From a virus: 64,000 bases of DNA. The translations under genes were made by a program, and so were the position numbers. The stretch spans positions 4,514 to 68,513 of the IMG/VR virus record IMGVR_UViG_3300045988_059857. One strand, written 5' to 3'. Shown here one piece after another: positions 45,524 through 54,423 of this stretch. Below the pieces are notes generated by a model, which had not been told where the DNA came from, made no database searches, and saw nothing but the letters and a program-made list of their open reading frames with translations. Position 1 is the stretch's first letter; each line of letters begins with the position of its first letter.

Positions 45524-46027
45524 TTATTCGTTAGGAGCCGTTCTGCTTGGCCTCTCACGTCTGTTAAAGGTCTCATGCAGATTCTTGATGGCAACAACAG
45601 ACAATTCTGAATAAGTCTTCGACTCATTAGGATTGGTAATGATGAACCAATCCATCAAAGCCTTGTTGATGATATAGTCATGGATGGAACTGGTAAGCGC
45701 ATCCTTCAAAGCAAGCGGATAATTGGATGGAAGGGATAGGTTTATGACAATATCGGTATCATCACTTATCAACTCGTTAGACGCAGTAGTACCATTACCT
45801 GTTTGAACCGACTCACTCAACTCTACGAGCAGTTGGCTATACGCATTCTGAATGCTACGCAAAGCCTGATTCTTGTCTTCATCATCATCACTTGCCTGAA
45901 TATTGCTGGCAGCCTCAGCATCCATGTCTGCTGCTCTTCTGCTACGCCCAGTCAGGAATGCCTTGTTCTGAAAGTCATAAATGAGTTCACTCATATACAA
46001 CGTTATCGCTAAATTTTTTCTTGCCAT
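45524..46027 (-). CDS. hypothetical protein (connector/neck-size)
   Basis: I take the ATG at 46025-46027, just downstream of the previous stop codon, as the start. The protein begins MARKNLAITLYMSELIYDF. Confidence 0.7.
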   Translation of the reverse strand: MARKNLAITLYMSELIYDFQNKAFLTGRSRRAADMDAEAASNIQASDDDEDKNQALRSIQNAYSQLLVELSESVQTGNGTTASNELISDDTDIVINLSLPSNYPLALKDALTSSIHDYIINKALMDWFIITNPNESKTYSELSVVAIKNLHETFNRRERPSRTAPNE

Positions 46028-46028
46028 A

Positions 46029-46487
46029 CTATGAAATTTTTGTTCGTGTTGGTTTCTTTTTGAAAAACGCTTTATCCTTGATGTCGAGCAATAATGCAGC
46101 AGCGTTATCAGCATACTCCTTCACCTTGTCAGGTGCAGTAATCTCGCACCATTTCCCGATGATGCTGTTCACGAGGTATGATGTAGCGGAACGGATAATG
46201 GAAGGCTCCATCTTTGTATCAAATCTATCTGATAAGGTCAGCTTCCAGTTGATGTTTCCATCCTCATCATTAATCTCTTCAACAAATTGTTTCAGGAGAT
46301 TCATCAATGTATCAACCGATTCATTATAGAATCGCTCAATCATTGCCAAGTCTGCATCCGTCACAAATACTTGGTCAAATGCCGACTTACCATCCTCCAG
46401 TTTGTTCTTTGCGCCTATATAGGCAGTAGTCTTCGCTACCTCCTCATACACGTCACTTCTCTTGATTGTAATTACTAAGTCTGCCAT
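46029..46487 (-). CDS. hypothetical protein (connector/neck-size)
   Basis: ORF of 152 aa. Confidence 0.7.
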   Translation of the reverse strand: MADLVITIKRSDVYEEVAKTTAYIGAKNKLEDGKSAFDQVFVTDADLAMIERFYNESVDTLMNLLKQFVEEINDEDGNINWKLTLSDRFDTKMEPSIIRSATSYLVNSIIGKWCEITAPDKVKEYADNAAALLLDIKDKAFFKKKPTRTKIS

Positions 46488-46917
46488 TCTTTATCTTTTT
46501 ATATAGTTTATAACCCAAAACGACTAGCAAGACACAGAGTGCTCCAAATGACCAGATAGCGTATTTCAACTGAAACTGCTCCCACTTGGATAACTCCTTC
46601 TCTACTGGATAGGGTACTGGGATAGAATCTCTTTTCAGGAAGGAATCCACCTTCACCTTATACACATTCTTATAGATGGTCTTCTCATGCCATCGGTCAA
46701 GAAAACAAGTATCTCCCTTCTGTCTGAGATATACGGAATCACGCACGAAAACGCTGTCAGAAGTATGCAGCGTATCGTGTTTTACTACGTCCCGACATAT
46801 AACTTTTTCCATCGGGACGTATTTTGTCTTGCATCCCGACAGAAGAAAAGCTATCAGCAACATACCAAAAACATATATCAGGAGTTGCCAGAAATCAGTA
46901 TCGTACCACTTCTTCAT
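46453..46917 (-). CDS. unimolecular spanin candidate (N-terminal lipoprotein signal + C-terminal TM)
   Basis: The lipobox is LLIAFLLSGC. The C-terminal TM segment is YAIWSFGALCVLLVVLGY. It lies directly downstream of the endolysin gene. Confidence 0.6.
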   Translation of the reverse strand: MKKWYDTDFWQLLIYVFGMLLIAFLLSGCKTKYVPMEKVICRDVVKHDTLHTSDSVFVRDSVYLRQKGDTCFLDRWHEKTIYKNVYKVKVDSFLKRDSIPVPYPVEKELSKWEQFQLKYAIWSFGALCVLLVVLGYKLYKKIKNGRLSNYNQEK

Positions 46918-46921
46918 AAGC

Positions 46922-47470
46922 CTACACTTTGAGTGCTACCAATGCCCTCTTCAAGTACTTACGTCTGTTCTCCAAACCATAAGTACCACCATTGATTGTC
47001 TTTGTTATAGCCAGAAAGCTATCACTATCAGCCAGTTTATTCAAGCCGTGTTTCCACCACCACCACATAGCACTCTTTGTAGCATATCTAGGTTGCTCCA
47101 GCAACTCAGGATGCCCCATAATATCCTCAGTAACTTCCTTGCTGTTCTGCAAAGCCTGATAGTTCGCCCTGCCAGTAATCTGAATCAAGCCCCTGCCACG
47201 GTACTTGTAGCCGTCACCATCTTTCAGGTTGCCGAGCATGTTCTTCAACTTGCCCACATCATACTTGTGGAAATAGTTCTTGTTGCCGAGTTCCTTGGTA
47301 TATCTCAGTTCACCGCTCTCATGCGCTATCTGAGCCAAGAAGTGCGCCATGCGCTTAGGAGTGTCTATTTGATACGTATCTGCATAACCATTGATGTAAG
47401 GCAGAAAAGCATCCACTTTAGCCTTCGCATTCGGCATAATCGCCAAAATCTGTTCTCTTGTTACCTTCAT
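46922..47470 (-). CDS. glycoside hydrolase family 19-type endolysin
   Basis: The motif is FLAQIAHESGELRYTKELGN...GDGYKYRGRGLIQITGRANY. Confidence 0.85.
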   Translation of the reverse strand: MKVTREQILAIMPNAKAKVDAFLPYINGYADTYQIDTPKRMAHFLAQIAHESGELRYTKELGNKNYFHKYDVGKLKNMLGNLKDGDGYKYRGRGLIQITGRANYQALQNSKEVTEDIMGHPELLEQPRYATKSAMWWWWKHGLNKLADSDSFLAITKTINGGTYGLENRRKYLKRALVALKV

Positions 47471-47471
47471 A

Positions 47472-47735
47472 TTATTTACTTTCCTTTACTTGTTTCAACA
47501 TACTTGCGAGTTCGTCCTTCACCTTACTCTCAAAATTACCCAACTTGGTCTTAAAATAAACGTTTACTCCGAATATTGCTCCAGAGTAAACCAATGCTTG
47601 GCTGATGTACCAGAGTACACCATCCGAAATCACATAGTTGTTCAAGAAGAATGATAGGAAGGCAAGGACGATGCCGCTCACCACCATTCCAATAGCTGTG
47701 CCATATTGCAATCCTTCACGTACGTTTGGAGTCAT
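47472..47735 (-). CDS. holin candidate (2 TM)
   Basis: ORF of 87 aa with two hydrophobic helices. It lies immediately upstream of the endolysin gene. Confidence 0.65.
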   Translation of the reverse strand: MTPNVREGLQYGTAIGMVVSGIVLAFLSFFLNNYVISDGVLWYISQALVYSGAIFGVNVYFKTKLGNFESKVKDELASMLKQVKESK

Positions 47736-47771
47736 AACTTATCTTTTTATACTATTAACATTAATAATATG

Positions 47772-47814
47772 CAAAGATAAGAAATGATTCCCATATAGTC
47801 ACTTTATCCGTTAA
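47772..47814 (-). promoter_or_regulatory. late-type composite promoter: TTAACGGATAAAG-N22-TATCTTTG
   Basis: On the minus strand the motif is at 47802-47814, the spacer is 22 nt, and the box is at 47772-47779. The holin ATG lies 36 nt downstream. Confidence 0.7.
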
Positions 47815-48289
47815 TAGTATGCCATATTTTGCTTGTTGGATGCAAGCAATCAGGGTCTTGCAGATATTCTATAGCCATCATAACCACCATTTCCTTCAAT
47901 TCGTCTGCATCCTTGCTATATCGCTCCAGCAGCAGATGATGGTCGCTTCTCAGCAGATTCATGGTCACTGCCAAGTCATGTATGGTGTAATCAGAAATAT
48001 CATCCTGATGCTGGTCAAAGGCTTCCCTTATCTCCTCATCCGAGAAGAAAGGAGCCATGTGCTTAGTTCCGTCAGCATCCTCATACCACATCTTGTTGAT
48101 AGCATCATCGGCAAAGTGCTTATCGAAATGCTCTTCGCTCAATACACCATACACCATCGCACAAAGATGATGTACCTCCACATCGCTCAACTTATATGAG
48201 AGATACTTACCCATAGCCTTGGCTATACTCAACATCTGTTCAGGACTCATTTCCTGCTGATACTTATCAACAAATTCTACAAAATCCAT
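47804..48289 (-). CDS. hypothetical acidic protein
   Basis: I take the ATG at 48287-48289 (MDFVEFVDKYQQ) as the start. The track start would lie inside the promoter box. Confidence 0.65.
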   Translation of the reverse strand: MDFVEFVDKYQQEMSPEQMLSIAKAMGKYLSYKLSDVEVHHLCAMVYGVLSEEHFDKHFADDAINKMWYEDADGTKHMAPFFSDEEIREAFDQHQDDISDYTIHDLAVTMNLLRSDHHLLLERYSKDADELKEMVVMMAIEYLQDPDCLHPTSKIWHTING

Positions 48290-48319
48290 AATATATAAAA
48301 TTAAAAGTTTATGATGCTG

Positions 48320-48327
48320 CAAAGATA
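48320..48327 (-). promoter_or_regulatory. -7 box TATCTTTG
   Basis: The reverse complement of caaagata. It lies 30 nt upstream of the ATG at 48289. Confidence 0.4.
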
Positions 48328-48422
48328 CGAATATCTGTAACGCAGCACCATAAACTCGTAGATATTTCTGTATCTATCTGTTTTTCAAATAAATACAGTT
48401 ACGATAAAAACACCTCCTTTCT

Positions 48423-48644
48423 TTATTCGTCCTTAAATTTAGTTCTCTTCTCTCCGCCCCTCGTCCAGATGTCGTTTTTCTTGCGTTTCGACACCTTGCC
48501 GAGCACGTCATTTTCGTAAAGGTCGGGATTGTCTTCCCTCCCTTGGGTCTCCGTAGCAATACCCTTGTTAGGGTTACTACCTTGGCTGGCATCAGGTTTC
48601 CCGTTGCCATACCATTTCTTGTCACTTGGTTTGTCTGCTATCAT
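48423..48644 (-). CDS. small basic protein sharing a C-terminal motif with the scaffold-like protein
   Basis: ORF of 73 aa ending NDIWTRGGEKRTKFKDE. I prefer it to the overlapping frame at 48374-48625. Confidence 0.55.
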   Translation of the reverse strand: MIADKPSDKKWYGNGKPDASQGSNPNKGIATETQGREDNPDLYENDVLGKVSKRKKNDIWTRGGEKRTKFKDE

Positions 48645-48678
48645 AATTATAAATTGTAAATTATAAATTATAAATTAT
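48645..48678. repeat. heptamer tandem repeat (AAATTAT-like, about 5 copies)
   Basis: The sequence is aattat aaattgt aaattat aaattat aaattat. It lies between the portal stop codon and the next start codon. Confidence 0.8.
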
Positions 48679-48681
48679 ACA

Positions 48682-50718
48682 TTATGCTGCTAGCGGTGGA
48701 GTCTGCCCGTCAGGATTCACTCCTTGACCACTCATCATCTGCTGCAACATCGCCTGAGCCTTAGGATTGCTTTGTGATGCCTGAGCCACTTGTGCCTGCA
48801 ACTGAGGAGAGAACCCTTGCGGAACCTCACCATTCTCCATAGCTTGCTGATTGGATGCCACGGATTGCAGCAACTCCTCACCAAAAGGAAAATCGCCCAC
48901 CTGTAACAACTGCTCCAGCGTGATAGCTTGGGCTTGCCACAAGGTCATAAGGAACTCATTTGCCATCTGCCTATAAACAGGTGTAGCCGTACTTTCCGTG
49001 ATATTGATGTCAAACTCAACGTCTCGTATCTTCTTTGGGTCATAGCGAACTATCTGCCCTGCCCTTCCCACAATATTGAAGTTGCGAGCCACATCATAGA
49101 ACTGCTGCATATTCTTCACGGTCTTGTATGCACCATCAATGATAAACTGGCTGAAACTCTCCAAAATATCAAGCAGCGACATGGTGGCATTCTGTGTCTG
49201 CTGGGCATAGAGCGAACCACTCGTTCCTGATACTCCTTGCTTTCCTTGCAGCGCACCATTCACTCCCGAAATATCCTCGAAGAACTTCAACTGATAGCTG
49301 AGCAAATCACCGATACCGATGTTCGTAGAGTTGTTGGCTACTTGCTGAGGAACCTGACCACTCTTGTTTGGCTTGTACCTTACCACACCATTGAACCTAC
49401 TCCACTCATCGCAGAAATCATCCCAACTCATATCGTCAGGCAAGCAATCCTCAGGACAAAGCAGTACACCCTTGGCACTGGCACGCATAATGAAGTCATA
49501 CATCGTGATAAGTCGGTTCACGTATCTCTGTTGGTCAATCACATCTTCCACAAAGCTGTGAATCTCACCATCTATAAACGGATAGAACTTAAAGCAGTAA
49601 GGGTGTTCTCCATGAGCATAAGGAGTTTCACCTTCTCTAAGTATATCACCAAAAGGAGAAAGGTAATAGAAATGCCAGTAATCATCCATAAACCACTCGG
49701 TATCAATCAAAGGAATATCCTCTTCCATCATGCCAGCAGCAATACCTCGCCTGATTCTGTCTTTGTTCTCTGCGTCTACAATATCAGCCTTATCCTCAAT
49801 ATCGATTTTAAAATCATCTCCGTTATTGTAGTCGTGGCATCGGTATCTAGGCTTACTCTCCTTGCGCCAAACCTCAATCACTCGGCAGAGTGAAGGATTG
49901 GAAGGATTCATAAAGTCAATGGTCTTAGGGTCGAACTCACCAAATCGCTGAGTGCAGTCAGCTATTACGAAATCTCGGTTAGCTGCCAGTCTGTATATTT
50001 CCTTCAACTTCCGAGCCTCAGCAGGAGACTTGGCAAACTCTCGCAGCACGTTGCCGATGGTGATGTCATGCACCTCACCCAAACAACTCACGTCCCAACC
50101 ACGGAAATCCCTCATATTGTTGTCTATGAAGAAATTGTTCGGGTTCACGTAGTCCGTCCAGCAATCCAACCTACCTCTTCGCCATCCATACTTTTTCTTA
50201 TAGATAGCAGCACCGCTTATCAGGAACTCTTCCATGGTACGTGCATCCAACTCCGTCTCTCGGTTCAGTTGTCGGTTACACTGTAGCACCACGCTCATGG
50301 TCTCGCCATATCGCTTTTCATCCTTGTCTCTCGCATTGCAGGTAGGTTCCTTGCTCTGTGAACGATACACACCCAGCACATTCTTCACCAATCTACGGAT
50401 AAGGTTATTCTTCAATGGCTCGCTACCCTGCTCACGGATATAGTCTTCCTCCTTCACACGCTTGGTAAAACCGCATTTGTTCTTGAACTCAATGGTATCG
50501 CCCCACTGGTCTCCGTAGCAGTATCGCTTGTTTCTTTCCCTTCGCTTTCGGAAGTTGTCCATGTTGTTGTAATATCGCTGAGCCTCCTGTAAGATAGCAT
50601 AGGCACGTTCATAAGGTCGGTCAAAGCGTTTCAGAGATTCCTTCACGCTATCCAGTTCGTCCTTATCAATCACCTTGCTCAACGATAGCAATTTAGCTTT
50701 TTCTTTCTTCTTTGCCAT
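48682..50718 (-). CDS. portal protein
   Basis: ORF of 678 aa. The N-terminal region RNKRYCYGDQWGD resembles the portal Y-x-G-x-QW signature. It is located in the head module. Confidence 0.65.
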   Translation of the reverse strand: MAKKKEKAKLLSLSKVIDKDELDSVKESLKRFDRPYERAYAILQEAQRYYNNMDNFRKRRERNKRYCYGDQWGDTIEFKNKCGFTKRVKEEDYIREQGSEPLKNNLIRRLVKNVLGVYRSQSKEPTCNARDKDEKRYGETMSVVLQCNRQLNRETELDARTMEEFLISGAAIYKKKYGWRRGRLDCWTDYVNPNNFFIDNNMRDFRGWDVSCLGEVHDITIGNVLREFAKSPAEARKLKEIYRLAANRDFVIADCTQRFGEFDPKTIDFMNPSNPSLCRVIEVWRKESKPRYRCHDYNNGDDFKIDIEDKADIVDAENKDRIRRGIAAGMMEEDIPLIDTEWFMDDYWHFYYLSPFGDILREGETPYAHGEHPYCFKFYPFIDGEIHSFVEDVIDQQRYVNRLITMYDFIMRASAKGVLLCPEDCLPDDMSWDDFCDEWSRFNGVVRYKPNKSGQVPQQVANNSTNIGIGDLLSYQLKFFEDISGVNGALQGKQGVSGTSGSLYAQQTQNATMSLLDILESFSQFIIDGAYKTVKNMQQFYDVARNFNIVGRAGQIVRYDPKKIRDVEFDINITESTATPVYRQMANEFLMTLWQAQAITLEQLLQVGDFPFGEELLQSVASNQQAMENGEVPQGFSPQLQAQVAQASQSNPKAQAMLQQMMSGQGVNPDGQTPPLAA

Positions 50719-50720
50719 AG

Positions 50721-51380
50721 TTATTGTGTTTCTGTAGGTTCAACAATATGTGCCAGTTTTCTAGCCACACCCAGCAGAGTGCCAGCTGCATCGTTATCGC
50801 CAAGACTAATACAAGTCAGGTAGCCAGCCATATAGGTAATGGAATCCTTCAAGGTATCAGGCAGAGTAATCTTGCCATCCGTCACATAAGGCATACATAC
50901 ACACGATAGAGCCACCTTAGCCTTGTCGTTCCTGCTGGTATATAGTTCAAAGAACCGCTCGCCATCATGATGGATAAGCGCAGCAATAGGTCGCTCATAG
51001 TTACCTCTTACCCCAAACCTACTACCCTGCATCTTGTAGGCATCATCATCCTCTGTGATAATATGAGCCGAACGTTTCCAGTCACTAGCCTTTACACTCA
51101 GTATTCTAATCATATCCGATGGAAGATACATGGTTCCCACATAAGCCCCATACGATTCCTCCCATACCACATCAAGCCCCTCGAATCTCTGTCCGTCAAG
51201 CAAGTGGGCAGGAGCATCCATCAGAATGATTCTTGCTGCATCCACAATCTTACTCTGAATCAACTCACCTTGCGACAAGGTATCAGAATCTGTAGGGGTC
51301 AGCAAGCCAGCAGACTCTTGGTTTCTGTCCAAGAGCACCTTCACTTCTTTCACCAGTTCAGATACAGCATACGTACTCAT
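50721..51380 (-). CDS. hypothetical head-module protein
   Basis: ORF of 219 aa between the capsid and portal genes. Confidence 0.7.
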   Translation of the reverse strand: MSTYAVSELVKEVKVLLDRNQESAGLLTPTDSDTLSQGELIQSKIVDAARIILMDAPAHLLDGQRFEGLDVVWEESYGAYVGTMYLPSDMIRILSVKASDWKRSAHIITEDDDAYKMQGSRFGVRGNYERPIAALIHHDGERFFELYTSRNDKAKVALSCVCMPYVTDGKITLPDTLKDSITYMAGYLTCISLGDNDAAGTLLGVARKLAHIVEPTETQ

Positions 51381-51784
51381 TACTCCAATCCTTCTAGTTC
51401 AACACCCTTTTCCTTGGCAATCGCCAAAATATCGTCCTTGGTCTTCATCTTGGAACGGCTCACACCGAAGGCATCAGCCAGATAGTCCTTGGCATCCTCA
51501 ACATCTGTCACAATGTGGGTCTTCTTCTCGTCAGCCTTTTTCTTGGTCTTTGCAGCAGCCTTCTTCTTTGCTTCAGCAGCTTCCTTCTTCTCGTCAACAG
51601 ATTCCGCCAAGAAGAATTTGTCGTTAAACCAATAATGCGACTCAATAGCCTTCTGCAATTTCGGGTCTCTTGTCATATAGACACTACTACCCATTGTCTT
51701 ACCCTCGAAAACAATTCGCACTCGCTCGTTACCTACCATAACACTGAATGCCAAATCTGTTCCTGCTTGATATGTATTAAACAT
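51380..51784 (-). CDS. hypothetical head-module protein with Lys/Ala-rich central tract
   Basis: ORF of 134 aa with the tract KKEAAEAKKKAAAKTKKKADEKK. Confidence 0.7.
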   Translation of the reverse strand: MFNTYQAGTDLAFSVMVGNERVRIVFEGKTMGSSVYMTRDPKLQKAIESHYWFNDKFFLAESVDEKKEAAEAKKKAAAKTKKKADEKKTHIVTDVEDAKDYLADAFGVSRSKMKTKDDILAIAKEKGVELEGLE

Positions 51785-51880
51785 GATTATACCTTATTAT
51801 ATATGTGTTATTAAAAAAGGGATGGGGCTAGTGCCCACACCCCTCACTATTTAATGAATAATTTGCAATTCAACTCTCTT

Positions 51881-53419
51881 TTAGGCAGCAGCCTTCACCT
51901 CAGAATCGTCTGCCTGAGAAACTTCCTCAGGAACCTTAGCAAGACGCATACGAGCATGAGCCTTAGGGTACTTCAAGTACAGACAAGCTACCTCCTGAAT
52001 AACTACTGCATCGGTGTTACGGATGCCAGCCTTCTTCAAGTCGAGTACGTTTCGTGTCCAAGACAAGTGTACTCGCTTAACCAAGAACTCAGGGTCAAGA
52101 GCAAAGCCGCAGTCACTCATACCGAAGAGGTCAAACAACTCAGAGTGAATCATCAGTACCTCACCGAAGTCTGTCTCCCAACTCTTGAACTTCAATTCCC
52201 AAACCTCAACTGTGTCCTTCAAGCGGAACTTTTCAGATTTAATCTTACTGAATGCACTCACGAAGTCAGAACCAGCGATAATCACCTTGCGCTTGTTGCC
52301 GATACCTGTACCAACAAACAAATCCTTGGAAATGTCAACCAACTCCAAGTCATTAATCACTCGCTCATTCTTGTTGTAGCCAGCCTTAATATCGTCAGCA
52401 GTAGCAACATGTCCTACCTCAATATCCTTACCAGCCATCCACCAGATGCCCTTGGTAAACCACTGGGCAGAACCATTCTTAATCTCGTGGTTAATACAAG
52501 CCATATCACCGAAGAGATAAGTACCCTCCATGGCAAGACGCATATCATAGATACTATCCTCTTCAAGGTCTGAGAAATCCCAATCCACTCGCTTGGCAGC
52601 AATCTTGTCGAAGGTACTCTGCTCTACCTGAATCATAAAGTTTTGGCAATACTGGGTCTCAGCAGCAGGAAGGTTATTGAATCTACCTGTCTGAACATCC
52701 ATTTCACCGCAACTCTTTGCCATACGGATAAGTTTCTGACCCTTCTTCAAGGCAGGAATACCGATTGCCTGCTTATTAATCAAATTACCATTAATGGCAT
52801 ATACAATCGGATAGCCCTCTGTGTCCTTACCGCACACACAAAGCTCCAAATCAGGAGTTGGAGCTTCAGTAATGGTTGAATAAGCTACATTTTTATAGTT
52901 GGTAATTGCCTTCACGCCTACCACTCGGATAGTATCATCCAACGTAAACATTGTAGGGTCTTCCACCTTCAATACCATAGATGTGCCCGTACTTTCGTTT
53001 GTTGCTTCCTTTAAGGTAGTCTTGATAGGACGTGTTCCGATACTCCAATACTCAACTACAAACGAGTCGGCAGACTTGGTTGTAGCATAGCGTGAAATCT
53101 GGTCAACTGGAGTAGCCATCGGACGAATCTTGGTAATCTTCTTATCAATATCGTTCAGATAATACTCCGTGCCGTTCTCGTTATAATGCTCACGACCCTT
53201 AGTTTCTGTCTTGATACCATCATCCTGACGGGCAGCACCGCCATTGCCAGCTTCACCAGCAGCAGGAGCACCACCTGCCTCAGCTGCATGACCACTCTCG
53301 CTAGTACCGCCATCAGGAAGATTCGCCTCAGCCATGAGAACCTGACCATTCACTCCAAAAATAACTGCCATCACCATCAGAAAGATGGAAAGCAGCCGAT
53401 TAAATGTACTTTTCTTCAT
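51881..53419 (-). CDS. major capsid protein candidate
   Basis: ORF of 512 aa immediately downstream of the scaffold-like gene, with a strong late promoter upstream. The call rests on size and position. The N-terminus is unusually hydrophobic. Confidence 0.6.
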   Translation of the reverse strand: MKKSTFNRLLSIFLMVMAVIFGVNGQVLMAEANLPDGGTSESGHAAEAGGAPAAGEAGNGGAARQDDGIKTETKGREHYNENGTEYYLNDIDKKITKIRPMATPVDQISRYATTKSADSFVVEYWSIGTRPIKTTLKEATNESTGTSMVLKVEDPTMFTLDDTIRVVGVKAITNYKNVAYSTITEAPTPDLELCVCGKDTEGYPIVYAINGNLINKQAIGIPALKKGQKLIRMAKSCGEMDVQTGRFNNLPAAETQYCQNFMIQVEQSTFDKIAAKRVDWDFSDLEEDSIYDMRLAMEGTYLFGDMACINHEIKNGSAQWFTKGIWWMAGKDIEVGHVATADDIKAGYNKNERVINDLELVDISKDLFVGTGIGNKRKVIIAGSDFVSAFSKIKSEKFRLKDTVEVWELKFKSWETDFGEVLMIHSELFDLFGMSDCGFALDPEFLVKRVHLSWTRNVLDLKKAGIRNTDAVVIQEVACLYLKYPKAHARMRLAKVPEEVSQADDSEVKAAA

Positions 53420-53475
53420 TGTTATTCTGAATATTAATTAAACATTATAATAATTTATCTTTTTACTTTATAAAA

Positions 53476-54291
53476 TTATCGAATGCGTGTTCTCTTCTCC
53501 ATTCCACGCTCCCAGATGTTACCCCTACGTGATGCTCTTCCAAGCGCACCAAATTCAGGCTGGTTGTCACCCTGCTTAACCTCTGCATTGGCAGAATCAA
53601 GGTCAGCAGTACCATCGCCCTTCTTTCTCAGTTCAAGGTTCTTCATGTGCTTACTGTTCTTGCCACGCACCTCGCCTTCATGTGCTGCATCAGCCACATC
53701 GGTATCATGGTTCTTAGCCTTGATGAAAGCAGTAATCATATCCTCTGTGAAGATACCTTTCACCACATTGTTCATCGTAAGAAAGCACTGGTCGATTGCT
53801 TCATTCACCGCTTCCTCACCATACTTCTCTTCCAACTTGTCGAATACTTCATAGCTGGCTGGCATATTCTTGTCATACTCCTCTTGCAGTTTCTTGCCGT
53901 TGGCAGCATTCTGCAAGAACTCCGACTGAGCCGATGCAATCTCATCCGCATTGTCGGGGTCAGAGTAGTAATCAATGGCATCCTCGCCATGTGTACGAAT
54001 CAACTCGGCATAAGGACTTTTACCTTCCTTCATCGCTTTCAGGAAGGTAGCCGCCTCAGGGTCACTACCCAACCAGTCACCCATTGCCTTCTCATTATCC
54101 TTGTAACCCTGCAAAGCCTTCTGGTCGGCATCATAATCATCGTTGATTGCACCATACATAGCTTCATCATCCGCATACTCCGTGTCGGGGTGGCGGGTCT
54201 TCAAACGCTCCAAAGCCAAGTCTCTCTTGGTCTTCGTTTCCTGCTGCTTGGCAGCACCAGCATTCTGTTCAATATTTGTATTATCTGGCAT
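53476..54291 (-). CDS. scaffolding-like acidic protein
   Basis: I take the ATG at 54289-54291 (MPDNTNIEQ) as the start. The protein is acidic and helical-looking, with a basic C-terminal tail GNIWERGMEKRTRIR. It lies directly upstream of the capsid candidate. Confidence 0.55.
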   Translation of the reverse strand: MPDNTNIEQNAGAAKQQETKTKRDLALERLKTRHPDTEYADDEAMYGAINDDYDADQKALQGYKDNEKAMGDWLGSDPEAATFLKAMKEGKSPYAELIRTHGEDAIDYYSDPDNADEIASAQSEFLQNAANGKKLQEEYDKNMPASYEVFDKLEEKYGEEAVNEAIDQCFLTMNNVVKGIFTEDMITAFIKAKNHDTDVADAAHEGEVRGKNSKHMKNLELRKKGDGTADLDSANAEVKQGDNQPEFGALGRASRRGNIWERGMEKRTRIR

Positions 54292-54322
54292 ATATATATG
54301 TATTAATTGATAAATCAATGCC

Positions 54323-54365
54323 CAAAATTAATGCTTTTTCGGCTAATTTCTACTTTATCCGTTAA
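54323..54365 (-). promoter_or_regulatory. late-type composite promoter: TTAACGGATAAAG-N22-TAATTTTG
   Basis: On the minus strand the motif is at 54353-54365, the spacer is 22 nt, and the box is at 54323-54330. The ATG at 54291 lies 31 nt downstream. Confidence 0.7.
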
Positions 54366-54404
54366 TTATCGTTATTCTAATACGACTAATTCGATTATTT
54401 TTTG

Positions 54405-54412
54405 TATATTTG
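54405..54412 (+). promoter_or_regulatory. -7 box TATATTTG for the terminase operon (no 13-nt late element)
   Basis: Matches TAnnTTTG and lies 11 nt upstream of the ATG at 54424. Confidence 0.4.
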
Positions 54413-54423
54413 CAGCGTCAGAT

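Noticed and set aside
48374-48625. An alternative 83-aa frame overlapping the 73-aa ORF downstream of the portal.
   Set aside because: The 73-aa frame (48423-48644) starts at an ATG right after the repeat spacer. It also carries the C-terminal motif shared with the scaffold-like protein. The other frame is Arg/Thr-rich with no support.
48645-48678. The heptamer tandem repeat as a phase-variable contingency locus.
   Set aside because: It is intergenic between two co-oriented genes of one operon and contains no promoter box. It is more simply an AT-rich spacer, so it is recorded as a repeat feature only.
51854-52573. A 239-aa plus-strand ORF opposite the capsid gene. The plus-strand ORFs opposite the portal (49237-49893) and the scaffold-like gene (53647-54306) are similar cases.
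   Set aside because: These are antisense shadows of well-supported late genes with no independent signals.
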